64,000 nucleotides of DNA from Methanomassiliicoccaceae archaeon (GTDB lineage: Archaea; Thermoplasmatota; Thermoplasmata; Methanomassiliicoccales; UBA472), in contig CAVYIY010000005.1 in the NCBI GenBank assembly GCA_963768775.1, forward strand, positions 79,776 to 143,775. Reading direction: 5' to 3'. Each line of letters opens with the position of its first letter. Position 1 is the stretch's first letter. Below are positions 9,854 to 19,135 of this stretch, piece after piece. Under the pieces are notes generated by a model. That model made no database searches and was not told the origin of the DNA. It was given only the letters and a program-made list of their open reading frames with translations. The position numbers and the translations under genes were made by a program.

Positions 9854-11458
9854 ATGGACCCAGGGACGATGCTGGTCGTGCTCCTCTTCGCCGTGCTCGG
9901 CTCGCTACTGGGCATGGGCAGCGGCTTGGTCCCTGGCATGCACGTCAACACCCTGGCGCTGCTGCTCCTTGCTGCGAGCGCTCCGCTTCTGGGCGGAATC
10001 ATCTTCCTATGTTCGGGATTCGGCCTAGGGCCGGAGCTCGCCCCTTTGCTCCTTTCGGTCCTGATAATCGCCGCCACCGTGACGCACTCGTTCGTCGACT
10101 TCCTTCCATCCTTGTTCCTTGGGATTCCAGATGAAAGCAAGGTGCTCTCCGTGCTGCCGGCGCACCGCCTGCTCCTGGCTGGCCAGAGCGGAGCGGCATT
10201 GGCCTGCGCCGCCACCGGCAGCCTGATCGGGGCGATGGTGGCGCTGCTGCTCGCAGTCCCCCTGCAACTCTTTATGCTCTCCGCCTGGGGATGCGAATGG
10301 GCCATTGAGCTAGCGATCCCGTACTTCCTGCTCCTTGTCTCCGTCCTTCTCATCGCCTCCGAAGCTCGATCGAAGAAGGTCTGCACGGCCCTTGATTCAA
10401 GGCTCGGATCGATCGCGGAAGAGGGGACGATAATCACTGCCCTCCCTCTGCCGATCGACCGCTCACCCGGCCGGATCTCCGGACGCGTCGTCGGGCAATC
10501 GATGCGCGGTTTCCTGCTTAAGAACCAATTCGGGACGTGGAAGGTTCTTGGCATCTCTGCAAGGGCTGGGATGAACGTTATCGCAGAAGGTGTCTGGGCG
10601 GTGCGGAGGAGGCCGACCCTCACCCCTCTGTTCGCGCTCGCGCTCTTCCTTGCCTCCGGCTGGCTGGGCTTCCTGGCGATGAACGTGCAGCTGCCCCTCT
10701 CGGAAGTCTATCCAGGTATGCGGCAGAGCGTGCTCTTCCCATTGCTCACTGGGTTGTTCGGCTTCCCCTCGCTCCTGCTCTCCTTACGCTCGCGGCCGGT
10801 GCCGCAGCAGGAAGGGGGTGGGGAAGCGTCCGTCTCGTTCGGCGACGGACTGAAGGGCACCGCCGCCGGCTTCCTGGCAGGCTGGCTGCCCGGGATCTCC
10901 TCCACCACTGGGACGGTGATCGCCTCCCTGTTCTCCAGACGGGGCGATTCTGACCGGGAGGAGGGCGCCAAGCGCTTCATCGTTATGGTCTCGGCCGTCG
11001 GCACTTCCTCAGCGGTCTTCAGCTTGATCGCGCTGGCGACTCTGGCGAAGGGCCGGACCGGGGCGCTGCTGACGGTGATGCAGGTGCTGGGGCTGGAGGG
11101 CTTGGGTGCCGTCGCAGCGCCGCTCTCCGCCGATTTCCTGATGCTGCTGCTCGCCACCCTGATCGGCTCCGTCCTCGGCTACTTCGCCACGCTGCGGCTG
11201 GGCGCCCTCGTCGCCAGAAAGCTGGGCGGCGTTAACCTGCTGCCGCTGAATATCGTCGTTCTCGTCTTCATACTGACCCTGGTGGCGCTGTTCAACGGCC
11301 TCTCCGGGCTGATCCTTCTCGTCAGCGCCAGCGTTCTCGGTCTTCTCCCTCCGCTCCTGGGCATCGGCAGGGTGCACCTCACCGGCTCGATGCTGCTGCC
11401 GCTCATCCTCTTCTACTTCGGCTGGCGGGATCAGCTGCTGCTCGCGCTAGGCGGTTAG
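9854..11458 (+). CDS. Tripartite tricarboxylate transporter TctA-family permease (archaeal DUF112 type) with an internal soluble insertion
   Basis: GL.PG.HVN, THSF.DF.PS.FLG.PD, LPAHRLL, PLL.GLFG, GWLPG motifs; highly hydrophobic. Confidence 0.8.
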   Translation: MDPGTMLVVLLFAVLGSLLGMGSGLVPGMHVNTLALLLLAASAPLLGGIIFLCSGFGLGPELAPLLLSVLIIAATVTHSFVDFLPSLFLGIPDESKVLSVLPAHRLLLAGQSGAALACAATGSLIGAMVALLLAVPLQLFMLSAWGCEWAIELAIPYFLLLVSVLLIASEARSKKVCTALDSRLGSIAEEGTIITALPLPIDRSPGRISGRVVGQSMRGFLLKNQFGTWKVLGISARAGMNVIAEGVWAVRRRPTLTPLFALALFLASGWLGFLAMNVQLPLSEVYPGMRQSVLFPLLTGLFGFPSLLLSLRSRPVPQQEGGGEASVSFGDGLKGTAAGFLAGWLPGISSTTGTVIASLFSRRGDSDREEGAKRFIVMVSAVGTSSAVFSLIALATLAKGRTGALLTVMQVLGLEGLGAVAAPLSADFLMLLLATLIGSVLGYFATLRLGALVARKLGGVNLLPLNIVVLVFILTLVALFNGLSGLILLVSASVLGLLPPLLGIGRVHLTGSMLLPLILFYFGWRDQLLLALGG

Positions 11459-13623
11459 GCCACACGCTCGCTGAGCGCCTCGAAGCTCCAGCCGAAGGGG
11501 AGGAGCAGGTCGGCGGTGGCGCGGAACAGGATGTTGGCGTATTCGCCGGCGTCGTACCGCTCGCTGCCGTCGAGGAACGCCGCCACCTTGACCCGATTCC
11601 AGATGCTCTTGCTCTCGCCGTCGCAGACGACGTACTCCACCGGCCGACCCGGTGGAACGTCGAAGCCTTGCTCGCTCATCTGCTTCAGCGCCGCGTAGGA
11701 GTCGTTGAACTGGGTGTACTCCTCCAGCTCCTTCGACACTCTATGCCGCACGATCAGCTGCTGCAGCGGCGTCTTTCCGTTTCGCAGATCGTCTAGGTAG
11801 CGGTCGAGGACCCCGAGCGCCTCCGGGATGAGCGCCTTGAAGCTTTGGATATCGGAGGCGCGGCAGAATACCGCCAGCATGTCGTCCTGCAGTGACCGGG
11901 CGAGCGCGATGGTATCGCTCTTCCGCAGGAAGATGCCCCGCAGCTTCAGCTCCCCGCTCTCGAACAGGCCGTAGTAGCGGTTCAGCGCGCCGATGCCGGT
12001 GGCTATCGACGGTAGGAAGACGATCCATTTGTAGACGCCATCGAGGTGCAGCGGTATGCCCACCTCCCGCTCCACGTCCCGGCAGAACGCACCCACGTCC
12101 CCATCGCCTTCGAGCCAGAGCGAGTCGACGATGCCGTGCAGGATGCTGAACCCCCGCTCCTCGGCCATGCCGCTGGCGCGGAGCAGGATATCTCTTCCGT
12201 GAGCGTTGATCGCTTCGTGGCACTCGATCCGGCCGAAGCGGGCGTTGCGGTAGCCGGTGTACCCGAAGCAGGTGACCAGCAGCCACTTCAGCAGCTGGGC
12301 GCGCTGGTCGTATATCTCCTTGTTCGGCGCGTTCTCCTTGATCAGCCGCTTCAGCTCCAGCCGGCGCTTGATCACCGGCGCCAGCACCGTCGGCAAGAGC
12401 CCGACATGCTTCTCGCATGTCCAGTAGCCGATGCCTGGCACGACGCGCGAGGAGGCGGGGCAGCAGGAGCACATCAGCGTCTCCGGCGAGATGTTGTGCC
12501 GCACGATTATGCTCGGATAGAGCGAGGCGAAGTCGACCTCGGCGATGCGCTCGTGTATGCCCACCTTCGGCTCGTAGATGAAGCCGCCGCGGTCGGAGAG
12601 GAGCAGCGCCCCGGCGGTCTTGAAGCCCTCGGGTAGGTTCTTCTTCCACAGCACCAGGTGCCCGTCCCTCACCGCCTGGTTGATCTGCATGGCGCTGATG
12701 GCGCTCCCGGGCGACAGGCGGGCCAGGTCCTGCACGGGGATCAGGCTGAGGCGGGAGATGTCGATCAGTCCGTAGATGCCGCTCTTGGTGTACGTTATCG
12801 AGCCGTCCGTGTCCAAGTGGATCCGGCCGCGCAGCTTGTGCGCCGGCGGCTTGTACATGATGCGGCCGTAGGTGAAGAAGCTCTTCTCCTTGGCCTTGCG
12901 GAAGCCCGCCTCCCGGCCCAGGTCGAGCGCGATTCCGTGCCCCTCCGCCCTCTTGGTCAGGTACTCCATGTAGAACGCGTCGCCGCCCTCGGTGTAGATG
13001 ACGTCCGGGTCGCGATCACGAACGAGCGACTGCAGCTCCTCCAGGATGCTCTCCTCCGTTCCGTCGAGTAGCACGTCGTCGAACCGCACGCTTTCGATCA
13101 CATCGTCCGGCACCGGGATGCCCCGGGAGGCGCGTACGCTCACCTTCAGCTCGGCCTTCGTTAATTCCGGAACGGGGTAGATGATCCGGTCCTGGGAGTC
13201 GAGCATGCGGTACGTCGTCCCAACGTCCAGCAGGCCCATGGGGAAGATGTCGTGCTGCAGGAAGTAGCGCTGGTCGAGGCGCAAATCCACGTTATACAGC
13301 TTGTGCTCGCGGTAGCGGCCCCAGGCGTCCACCAGCCTGGCCGTCTGCCCCAGGGAGGCGTAGTCCCCCGGCGTAACGCGCAGGAACGGCATCGGCTCGG
13401 GGTGCATCAGGGTGCTGTGCATCTCGATGCCCGTATCTGGCTCGTCGATCATGCGCAGGTCGGCTGCGACCTTGCGCAGAGCCTCGTCCGAAGCGGAGCG
13501 GACGTAGAACGACGGCATGAAGTGCCGGTCCACCAGCCGCTCGATGCCGTGCTCGGTCTTGAGCCAGACGACCATGCAGTCGCGCTGCTGGTCCGGATAG
13601 CAGTCCAGTATCCAGCCCTTCAT
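11455..13623 (-). CDS. polB2: Family B DNA polymerase, PolB2 subfamily
   Basis: Motif A DFASLYPSII, motif B K..LV.CFGY, motif C altered to HGIVDS (vs YGDTDS); no clear proofreading motifs; preceded by arCOG07300-type gene. Confidence 0.9.
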   Translation of the reverse strand: MKGWILDCYPDQQRDCMVVWLKTEHGIERLVDRHFMPSFYVRSASDEALRKVAADLRMIDEPDTGIEMHSTLMHPEPMPFLRVTPGDYASLGQTARLVDAWGRYREHKLYNVDLRLDQRYFLQHDIFPMGLLDVGTTYRMLDSQDRIIYPVPELTKAELKVSVRASRGIPVPDDVIESVRFDDVLLDGTEESILEELQSLVRDRDPDVIYTEGGDAFYMEYLTKRAEGHGIALDLGREAGFRKAKEKSFFTYGRIMYKPPAHKLRGRIHLDTDGSITYTKSGIYGLIDISRLSLIPVQDLARLSPGSAISAMQINQAVRDGHLVLWKKNLPEGFKTAGALLLSDRGGFIYEPKVGIHERIAEVDFASLYPSIIVRHNISPETLMCSCCPASSRVVPGIGYWTCEKHVGLLPTVLAPVIKRRLELKRLIKENAPNKEIYDQRAQLLKWLLVTCFGYTGYRNARFGRIECHEAINAHGRDILLRASGMAEERGFSILHGIVDSLWLEGDGDVGAFCRDVEREVGIPLHLDGVYKWIVFLPSIATGIGALNRYYGLFESGELKLRGIFLRKSDTIALARSLQDDMLAVFCRASDIQSFKALIPEALGVLDRYLDDLRNGKTPLQQLIVRHRVSKELEEYTQFNDSYAALKQMSEQGFDVPPGRPVEYVVCDGESKSIWNRVKVAAFLDGSERYDAGEYANILFRATADLLLPFGWSFEALSERVA

Positions 13624-13862
13624 GTGCCGCCTTTCCTCAGCCGGAGCAGCTCCTTCTCCTGCTCCAGGAGGATGGAGAGTAGCGCCTCCTCCACCGGATC
13701 GGTGAACGTGGCATAGGTGGAGGCGGAGGCGTGCATCCGCGCCTTGTTGGTCATTTCGTCGAAGATTTCGCGGTCGTCCTTCGGCAACGCTTTCCGGTAG
13801 TCGCTCCAGCTCTGGATGATCGATTCCAGCGTCATGCGGTACGTCGGCACTGTCCTTCCCAT
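13620..13862 (-). CDS. PolB2-associated small protein (arCOG07300-type)
   Basis: MGRTVPTYR...W..YRKAL...DRE.FD....AR.HASA pattern; ATGA overlap with polB2. Confidence 0.85.
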   Translation of the reverse strand: MGRTVPTYRMTLESIIQSWSDYRKALPKDDREIFDEMTNKARMHASASTYATFTDPVEEALLSILLEQEKELLRLRKGGT

Positions 13863-13894
13863 TTTCAATCCCGCCTACCGTTCTGCTAAGAGGC

Positions 13895-13929
13895 TATAAA
13901 TGGCGGAGGAGGGGAGATGCCTGAAAGTG
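13895..13929 (-). promoter_or_regulatory. Promoter: CACTTTC motif + TTTATA box, copy 1 (arCOG07300-polB2)
   Basis: 29/35 nt identical to 18320-18354; TATA ~33 nt upstream of ATG 13862. Confidence 0.7.
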
Positions 13930-13937
13930 GTACCTCA

Positions 13938-14402
13938 CTAGGTGGGCTTCTGCGGGTTCTTCTCCAACTTGGATACGTCGAAGCCCTTGGCTTGTATGCG
14001 CTTGAGCAGCTCGCCGTACACAGCCTCATCCATCTGAGGCGTCCTTGAGAGTATCCAGAGATACTTGCGGGACTCGTCGCCCACCACGGCGTATTCGTAA
14101 TCTTTGCCAAGCTCAAGTATCCAGTAGTTGCCGGAAAAAGGCCAGAAGAATGTCACTTTGAGTTTCGCGTTCGTCGCGGTGTCGACCACCCGGGCCTTGC
14201 CTTTGGCCGTCTTTAATCTGCCGTTGAAGTCTCCTTCGTAGCCACTGTTCGATACTCTGACCTTTCCGTCCGGAAGCAGCGAGTAGTCTGCTGTTACGCC
14301 AACCAATCCTCTCTCGAACCTTTGCGGGAACTTCGCTATTTCAAACCAGGTCCCCATGTACCTTTTCACATCAACGTTCTCAACGGTCTTGAGCTCAGGC
14401 AT
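13938..14402 (-). CDS. Lipocalin (Blc-like) without signal peptide
   Basis: VD..RYMG.WFEIA, AKLKV.FFWPF.G.YW, YLWILSRTP. Confidence 0.9.
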   Translation of the reverse strand: MPELKTVENVDVKRYMGTWFEIAKFPQRFERGLVGVTADYSLLPDGKVRVSNSGYEGDFNGRLKTAKGKARVVDTATNAKLKVTFFWPFSGNYWILELGKDYEYAVVGDESRKYLWILSRTPQMDEAVYGELLKRIQAKGFDVSKLEKNPQKPT

Positions 14403-14452
14403 ATATTGTCCATTATTGCATCAATGGATTAATGTTGCTAGGAATGGGCAGG

Positions 14453-15388
14453 CTAGAGCTCTATGCCGTTGTGTTCGGCCATGATCAGGTAGAATGATGC
14501 CAGCCCACGCCACTTCCCCCATTTGGATGCGAGCGATCTCACCTGGCTGGCGGAAGTAGCCTTGCCGTCGAAGTAGAAGCGAGAAATGGTCCTCTTTATG
14601 CCCACGTCGTCCGCTGGAATCGCGTCGAACCTCCCCATACCTCGGATCATTACCAGTTCTGCGGTCCAGGGGCCAATGCCTCGAAGATTGGTCAATTCTT
14701 CGATTATATCCTCTGGACTTGAACGTCCTCGAAATGATTCCAAGTCGATCCTGCCCTCCACCACCGCCTTCGCCGAATCGCGAATGTACTCTGCCTTCCG
14801 AATACTAAGCCCCAGATTGCGCATTTCTTCGATCGTCGCCTTGCTTAAGGACGCGGGTTGCGGAAAGGCGTAGTAGATCGCATTATCGATCTTCACCCTC
14901 TCCCCGAATCTCTTTATCAGTCTGAGCTGCAGGACTCTAGCCACATCCAATGAGATCTGTTGTTCGATTATCGAATCGACCAGAGCTTCGAAAACGGTTT
15001 CGGTCCTTGGGCTCTTTAACCCCTTGAGCTTGAGTACCAATTGGGTGAGGACAGGATCATTTCTGGAGGCAATTCGATAGAAAGGCCTCAGGTCCAGCTG
15101 GAGGTTTAGTAGTGCGTTCACTTTGCTCTCAACCTGATCCTGATCATAGTCTGAAGTATGAACAAAATACGTTTGAACATCCAGCAGCGGCCTGTCTATA
15201 TTCCCTATCGAACGAATCCGGCACAAGAACGGCCCGGAATCGACCCTTAGCATCTGCCAGAACGTTCCATCGTTGAACGCGCGGAATTGTCTATCGCCAC
15301 CCGAAAAGATCTTCGCGCTCAGGTCAAAATCATATGGAGGGGTTGGCTCAAGAAGGATTGTCCGGCTTATGCTATTCATTCTCATCAT
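14453..15388 (-). CDS. alkA: DNA-3-methyladenine glycosylase II (AlkA, HhH-GPD family)
   Basis: FEALV.SII.QQIS, FP.P..L, LRGIGPWTAE helix-hairpin-helix, PADD. Confidence 0.85.
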   Translation of the reverse strand: MMRMNSISRTILLEPTPPYDFDLSAKIFSGGDRQFRAFNDGTFWQMLRVDSGPFLCRIRSIGNIDRPLLDVQTYFVHTSDYDQDQVESKVNALLNLQLDLRPFYRIASRNDPVLTQLVLKLKGLKSPRTETVFEALVDSIIEQQISLDVARVLQLRLIKRFGERVKIDNAIYYAFPQPASLSKATIEEMRNLGLSIRKAEYIRDSAKAVVEGRIDLESFRGRSSPEDIIEELTNLRGIGPWTAELVMIRGMGRFDAIPADDVGIKRTISRFYFDGKATSASQVRSLASKWGKWRGLASFYLIMAEHNGIEL

Positions 15389-15825
15389 TCTTTGTGAGTC
15401 CTTATTATCAGGACTGGGCAAGAAGCGAACCTGACGACCTTCTCTGCAACGCTCCCCATGAGGAGATGGGGCAGCCCTGTGTGTCCGAACGTTCCCATGA
15501 CGATCAGATCGTAGTCCCTGGATGCTTCGATGATCTCGTTGGCCGGAACACCCTGCCTGACCACTTTCGTGACTTCGATGTCCATCCCCTTGCCTTCCTG
15601 GTAGACTTGTTCGACAGCGGTGTTTGCTTCCTCCTCCAGATAGGAGATATTGTCCACCGCGGCCCTCCTGAAGCCTCTGTTGGCATAGAGGGAGCCGTCA
15701 TCCACTATGCTCATCGCAGTCACCTTAGCGCCCATGAGCTTGGCCAGTGCCAGTCCTTGAGCGGCCGCAACGTTCGCATTCTCGCTTCCATCGGTTGGGA
15801 TAAGAATCTTCTCGAACGGCTTCAT
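15385..15825 (-). CDS. Universal stress protein
   Basis: KILIPTDGS, G.PA.EI, DLIVMG..G.TG....MGSVAEKVVR...CPVL. Confidence 0.95.
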   Translation of the reverse strand: MKPFEKILIPTDGSENANVAAAQGLALAKLMGAKVTAMSIVDDGSLYANRGFRRAAVDNISYLEEEANTAVEQVYQEGKGMDIEVTKVVRQGVPANEIIEASRDYDLIVMGTFGHTGLPHLLMGSVAEKVVRFASCPVLIIRTHKE

Positions 15826-16058
15826 CGTGACGTACTATTTTCATTCGTGGATAATCCAGTTTTCGGTCGTCCCCAGAACTATGGAGAGTTCGAGAAGAAG
15901 GGGGGGGATGATAGAAATCGAGTATTATGATCTTCGCCAAATTGCAGCATGGCGGAAAAGATGTTCCTTCTCTCGCCCAACGATTAGAGCCCACTGATTC
16001 TTGAAGTATGTATACTGAAGTTATCGATCAGCCATTAACGCGGATGTTTCTAGATGCC

Positions 16059-17399
16059 TTAAATCGTCTTTCTTCTGTTCCGAATGGTCAGGAAAAAGAG
16101 CAATCCTGCGACCATTATTATGCCCACAACGATTGGCAGGGCCAAGAAGGAGATTTGATCATCTCCGCCAGCAGTATTATTGACTATTGCATACAGTTGA
16201 GAGACACTGCCGACTCGCAAAACGGCCACTTCTCCCCCTTTCAGCACACTAATAAATGTCGCAAAATCTCCGCCGATGTGTGCATTCGGCAATGTGACGT
16301 TCCAGATGAATTGCCCCTGCATATCCATACCGGATACTGTTATGCCATGGAGCACGATCAGAATTCCATCCGCCGACATGATTGGCAAGAATCCCAATGG
16401 GTCTGTTACATTGGTTATCCAAATCACCGTGCCATTTCCATCCAGGCATTGGATTTGATATCCTTCATGGGACGTAATGAATATTCTGCCCTCATTCGAA
16501 ACCACAGGCAAGGTCCATCCTCCAATAGAGGCATCGATCTTGTCCCAGGCCGTTGTTCCATTCACACCGATGCGGGCCAAGTAGTTGGAGGATACATACA
16601 GGAGCGAATTGCCGTCCAGTATGGAGACTATAGCAGCGCCTCCATTTGTGTGGTGCGATGAACTCCAGTTCCACAGAAGAACGCCTTCTGCTGATAGGCA
16701 GGTTACGCCATACTCCGTGGGAACGAATAGTGTATCATTGGTGGATACTGCGATCACTGACGTACCGCTCCCGTTTAGAGAAAAGAACCAGTCTAAGGAG
16801 CCAGTTGAGTTGACAACGAAGACCCCGATTTGCGTGGATTGCAGCGAGGAGAGACGCGGATCGGCTGTTGTGTTGTCCACCAATCCGCACACAGCGATTG
16901 ATCCACTACTAAGAGCAACCGGTGCACTTGTTGCCCGATTCAATCCGGTGAATCTCCATAGAACCCCCCCTCCGAGCCAATAGCATATAGACCTTGATCG
17001 CCGAAGATGTCGGTGCCGACCAATATCGTGCCATTTGGGAGAATCATCGGTGGTTGGCTGATTTGGGCATTTAGATACACGGTCCATCGCTGACTGCCGT
17101 CGCTTCGGAGACTTGAAACGTCACCGCCATCGCTAGCGATTACTAGCCCACCTCGCTCATCGGGAACAAATGGTGCCCCACAGAAGGGAGCATCTACTGT
17201 CCAGGCAATCTTTCCCTCGGTTATGTTAATGCTCGAATCGAACACGCCTCTGTTAGATGGGCCTCCTCTGAATTGCCCCCATTGTCCATTAATAGCTTCA
17301 GTTGCCTCGATGCTGAGAGGCTGTTGAGAGTAGAACGAGCATTATGATCGCTATCAACGACGCAGCAATCGGCGCAGGTCGGAGCAGGGCAATCTTCAC
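16059..17399 (-). pseudogene. PQQ-like beta-propeller surface protein with signal peptide and C-terminal TM anchor; two frameshifts (~17325 and a G7 tract at 16964-16970)
   Basis: Signal-like MKIALLRPAPIAASLIAIIML, then W.QFRGGP.NRG in a second frame, repeated G...W blade motifs across frames, C-terminal TM helix + RNRRK. Confidence 0.7.
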
Positions 17400-17522
17400 T
17401 GTTCGCTCCAAATCCCCCGCTCCTTCACGGCTCATTCCTCTCCCGCACCATTTGAATAGGATCTCATCCTTCGAATGTCATCTTCCCCGTCGATATTTAA
17501 TACCTGTTAGAACGCTCAAAGC

Positions 17523-18285
17523 TCATCTGACGGAAAACTCGTCCAGCGTTCTCTGGTAGTACGGCACCGGGTGGTACATCATGCTCCTGTCCTCGTTCAC
17601 CAGGCTGAGGCGCAGGGCGGCGCGGGAGGCGTTCTCGATGCGCAGCACCCGGTCCGCGGAGGAGTACATCAGGCTGCGCAGGCTCTTCTTGAACAGCAGC
17701 TTCGACAGCCCGAAGTTCGTGATCAGCGTGATCACGTCGTGCCGCTTGGTGACACCCTGGATGGCGGCGATGCAGCGCTGCATCAGCTGGAGCGACTCGG
17801 ACCAGCGCACGTCCTTGTCCTGGAACAGGTCGGGGAAGCAGGAGACGATGAGCATGCCCGCCCCGGTCCTCTCCAGCTCTGGCTCGAGCATCTCGTCGAT
17901 CAGGGTGACCATCTGGTAGGCGGTGAACGCCCGAGAGACGTTAATGCTCTCCAGCGCCTCCTGCGCGTTCACGCGCTGGCGCTTGCACAGCCCCGCCATG
18001 TGGTAAGGATTGATGGAGTTGCCCCCGTCCACCCACACCACCTCCCGTCCGTCGCCGACCACCTGGTTGATGCAGAGCAGGTGCACCATGTCGAACAGCA
18101 GGCGGTCGGAGCTGTCGATCAGCGTCACCTGCGAGGACGGGAATCCGCCGATGAAGGCGTCCAGCGCGGCGATGGAGGTGTCGACGCTCCGCGGCAGCGC
18201 CGGGCCGAGCGCCACGCTGCGTCTCGGCCGCGCTCATCTCGATGCTGGGTTCCTGCGGCAGGCCTGCTTCGGTGTAGTGGGTCAT
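17523..18285 (-). CDS. Inactivated RadA/RecA-fold protein of the PolB2 module (ORF from GTG 18215; likely start ATG 18285 is out of frame)
   Basis: T.I..LD..IGGF, WVDGGNS.NPY, SRAFTAYQ; no Walker A lysine. Confidence 0.8.
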
Positions 18286-18319
18286 CTCGACCTCCCCTAG
18301 CTCAGTTGGGGTTGCACGT

Positions 18320-18354
18320 TATAAATCGGTGCGGGGGGGAGATGCCCGAAAGTG
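18320..18354 (-). promoter_or_regulatory. Promoter: CACTTTC motif + TTTATA box, copy 2 (RadA-like gene)
   Basis: 29/35 nt identical to 13895-13929; TATA ~35 nt upstream of ATG 18285. Confidence 0.7.
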
Positions 18355-18381
18355 AGCTAGAAGCCGGAAACCAGCGCCCTC

Positions 18382-18420
18382 AAAAAAAGGATAACGCTGG
18401 CCCGAGGGGAGGGGGCCAGC
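18382..18420 (-). terminator. GC hairpin followed by T7 run downstream of the 18454-18726 gene
   Basis: GCTGGCCC/GGGCCAGC 8-bp stem, then TTTTTTT on the minus strand. Confidence 0.6.
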
Positions 18421-18453
18421 TCCTGGTAATGAGCGGGGAGGCCTACGGCGTCC

Positions 18454-18726
18454 CTACTCCTTTTTATCCGATCGGAAGCGCTTGCCGATGTTCTCCTGCG
18501 ATCTCCAGGCCTCGGTCTCTTCCTTCTGGGTGATCTTCCCTTTCATCGGAGGCATCACGATGTCGACCTCCTTCACCCTCGACCGGAACTGGTCTTCGGT
18601 TATCTTCATGTCGGGGTGGTGGGCCTCCTTATGCATCATCACATGCTTCGTGAGATCCTCTTCCCCGAAAGGCGTGGTCACGCTCCATCCGCATGTTGGG
18701 CAAGCGAATTGCAGTGCTTTTGCCAA
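18454..18726 (-). CDS. Small putative metal-binding protein (DUF1059-like)
   Basis: CPTCG...H...H....H pattern. Confidence 0.6.
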   Translation of the reverse strand: MAKALQFACPTCGWSVTTPFGEEDLTKHVMMHKEAHHPDMKITEDQFRSRVKEVDIVMPPMKGKITQKEETEAWRSQENIGKRFRSDKKE

Positions 18727-18815
18727 CGTATCACCAAGGATTTGTCGGACCTCTAATTATTTAACGATGACACGTCGGCCCGGCGGAAAAGCGGCAAAGG
18801 CTCGCTGAGGCGGCC

Positions 18816-19088
18816 TCAGCGTGGCGCGTAGCCAGTGTCGGTGACGGTGGCGGTGGGGTTGACGAAGTACACCGAGTAGTCGTGCTCGCCGGCGATCGCC
18901 TTGGCCTTGTCCTCGACCTCTATCCTGGTCGAGCCGATGGCGATGATCCTCTGGTCCATGACCGCGATCCATTCCCGAGGATGCTCATCGATCAGGTCGA
19001 TGTAGTTGTCCTTGAACCATTCGTCGTTCTTCACGTCCTCTTCGCTCTCGTATTCCTCTTCGTTGTCGAACAAGCCGCCCCGCTCCAT
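18816..19088 (-). CDS. DUF5678-like small protein
   Basis: N.EWF..NY..L..E.P.EWIAV....IIA.G pattern. Confidence 0.6.
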   Translation of the reverse strand: MERGGLFDNEEEYESEEDVKNDEWFKDNYIDLIDEHPREWIAVMDQRIIAIGSTRIEVEDKAKAIAGEHDYSVYFVNPTATVTDTGYAPR

Positions 19089-19135
19089 TTGCGGACGTGA
19101 TATTCCTACCGAGGGGGCATTAATCCTTTCCCTGC

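Noticed and set aside
15895-15925. G8 run upstream of the USP gene as another copy of the PolB2 promoter element
   Set aside because: Lacks the GAAAGTG core and the correctly spaced TATA box.
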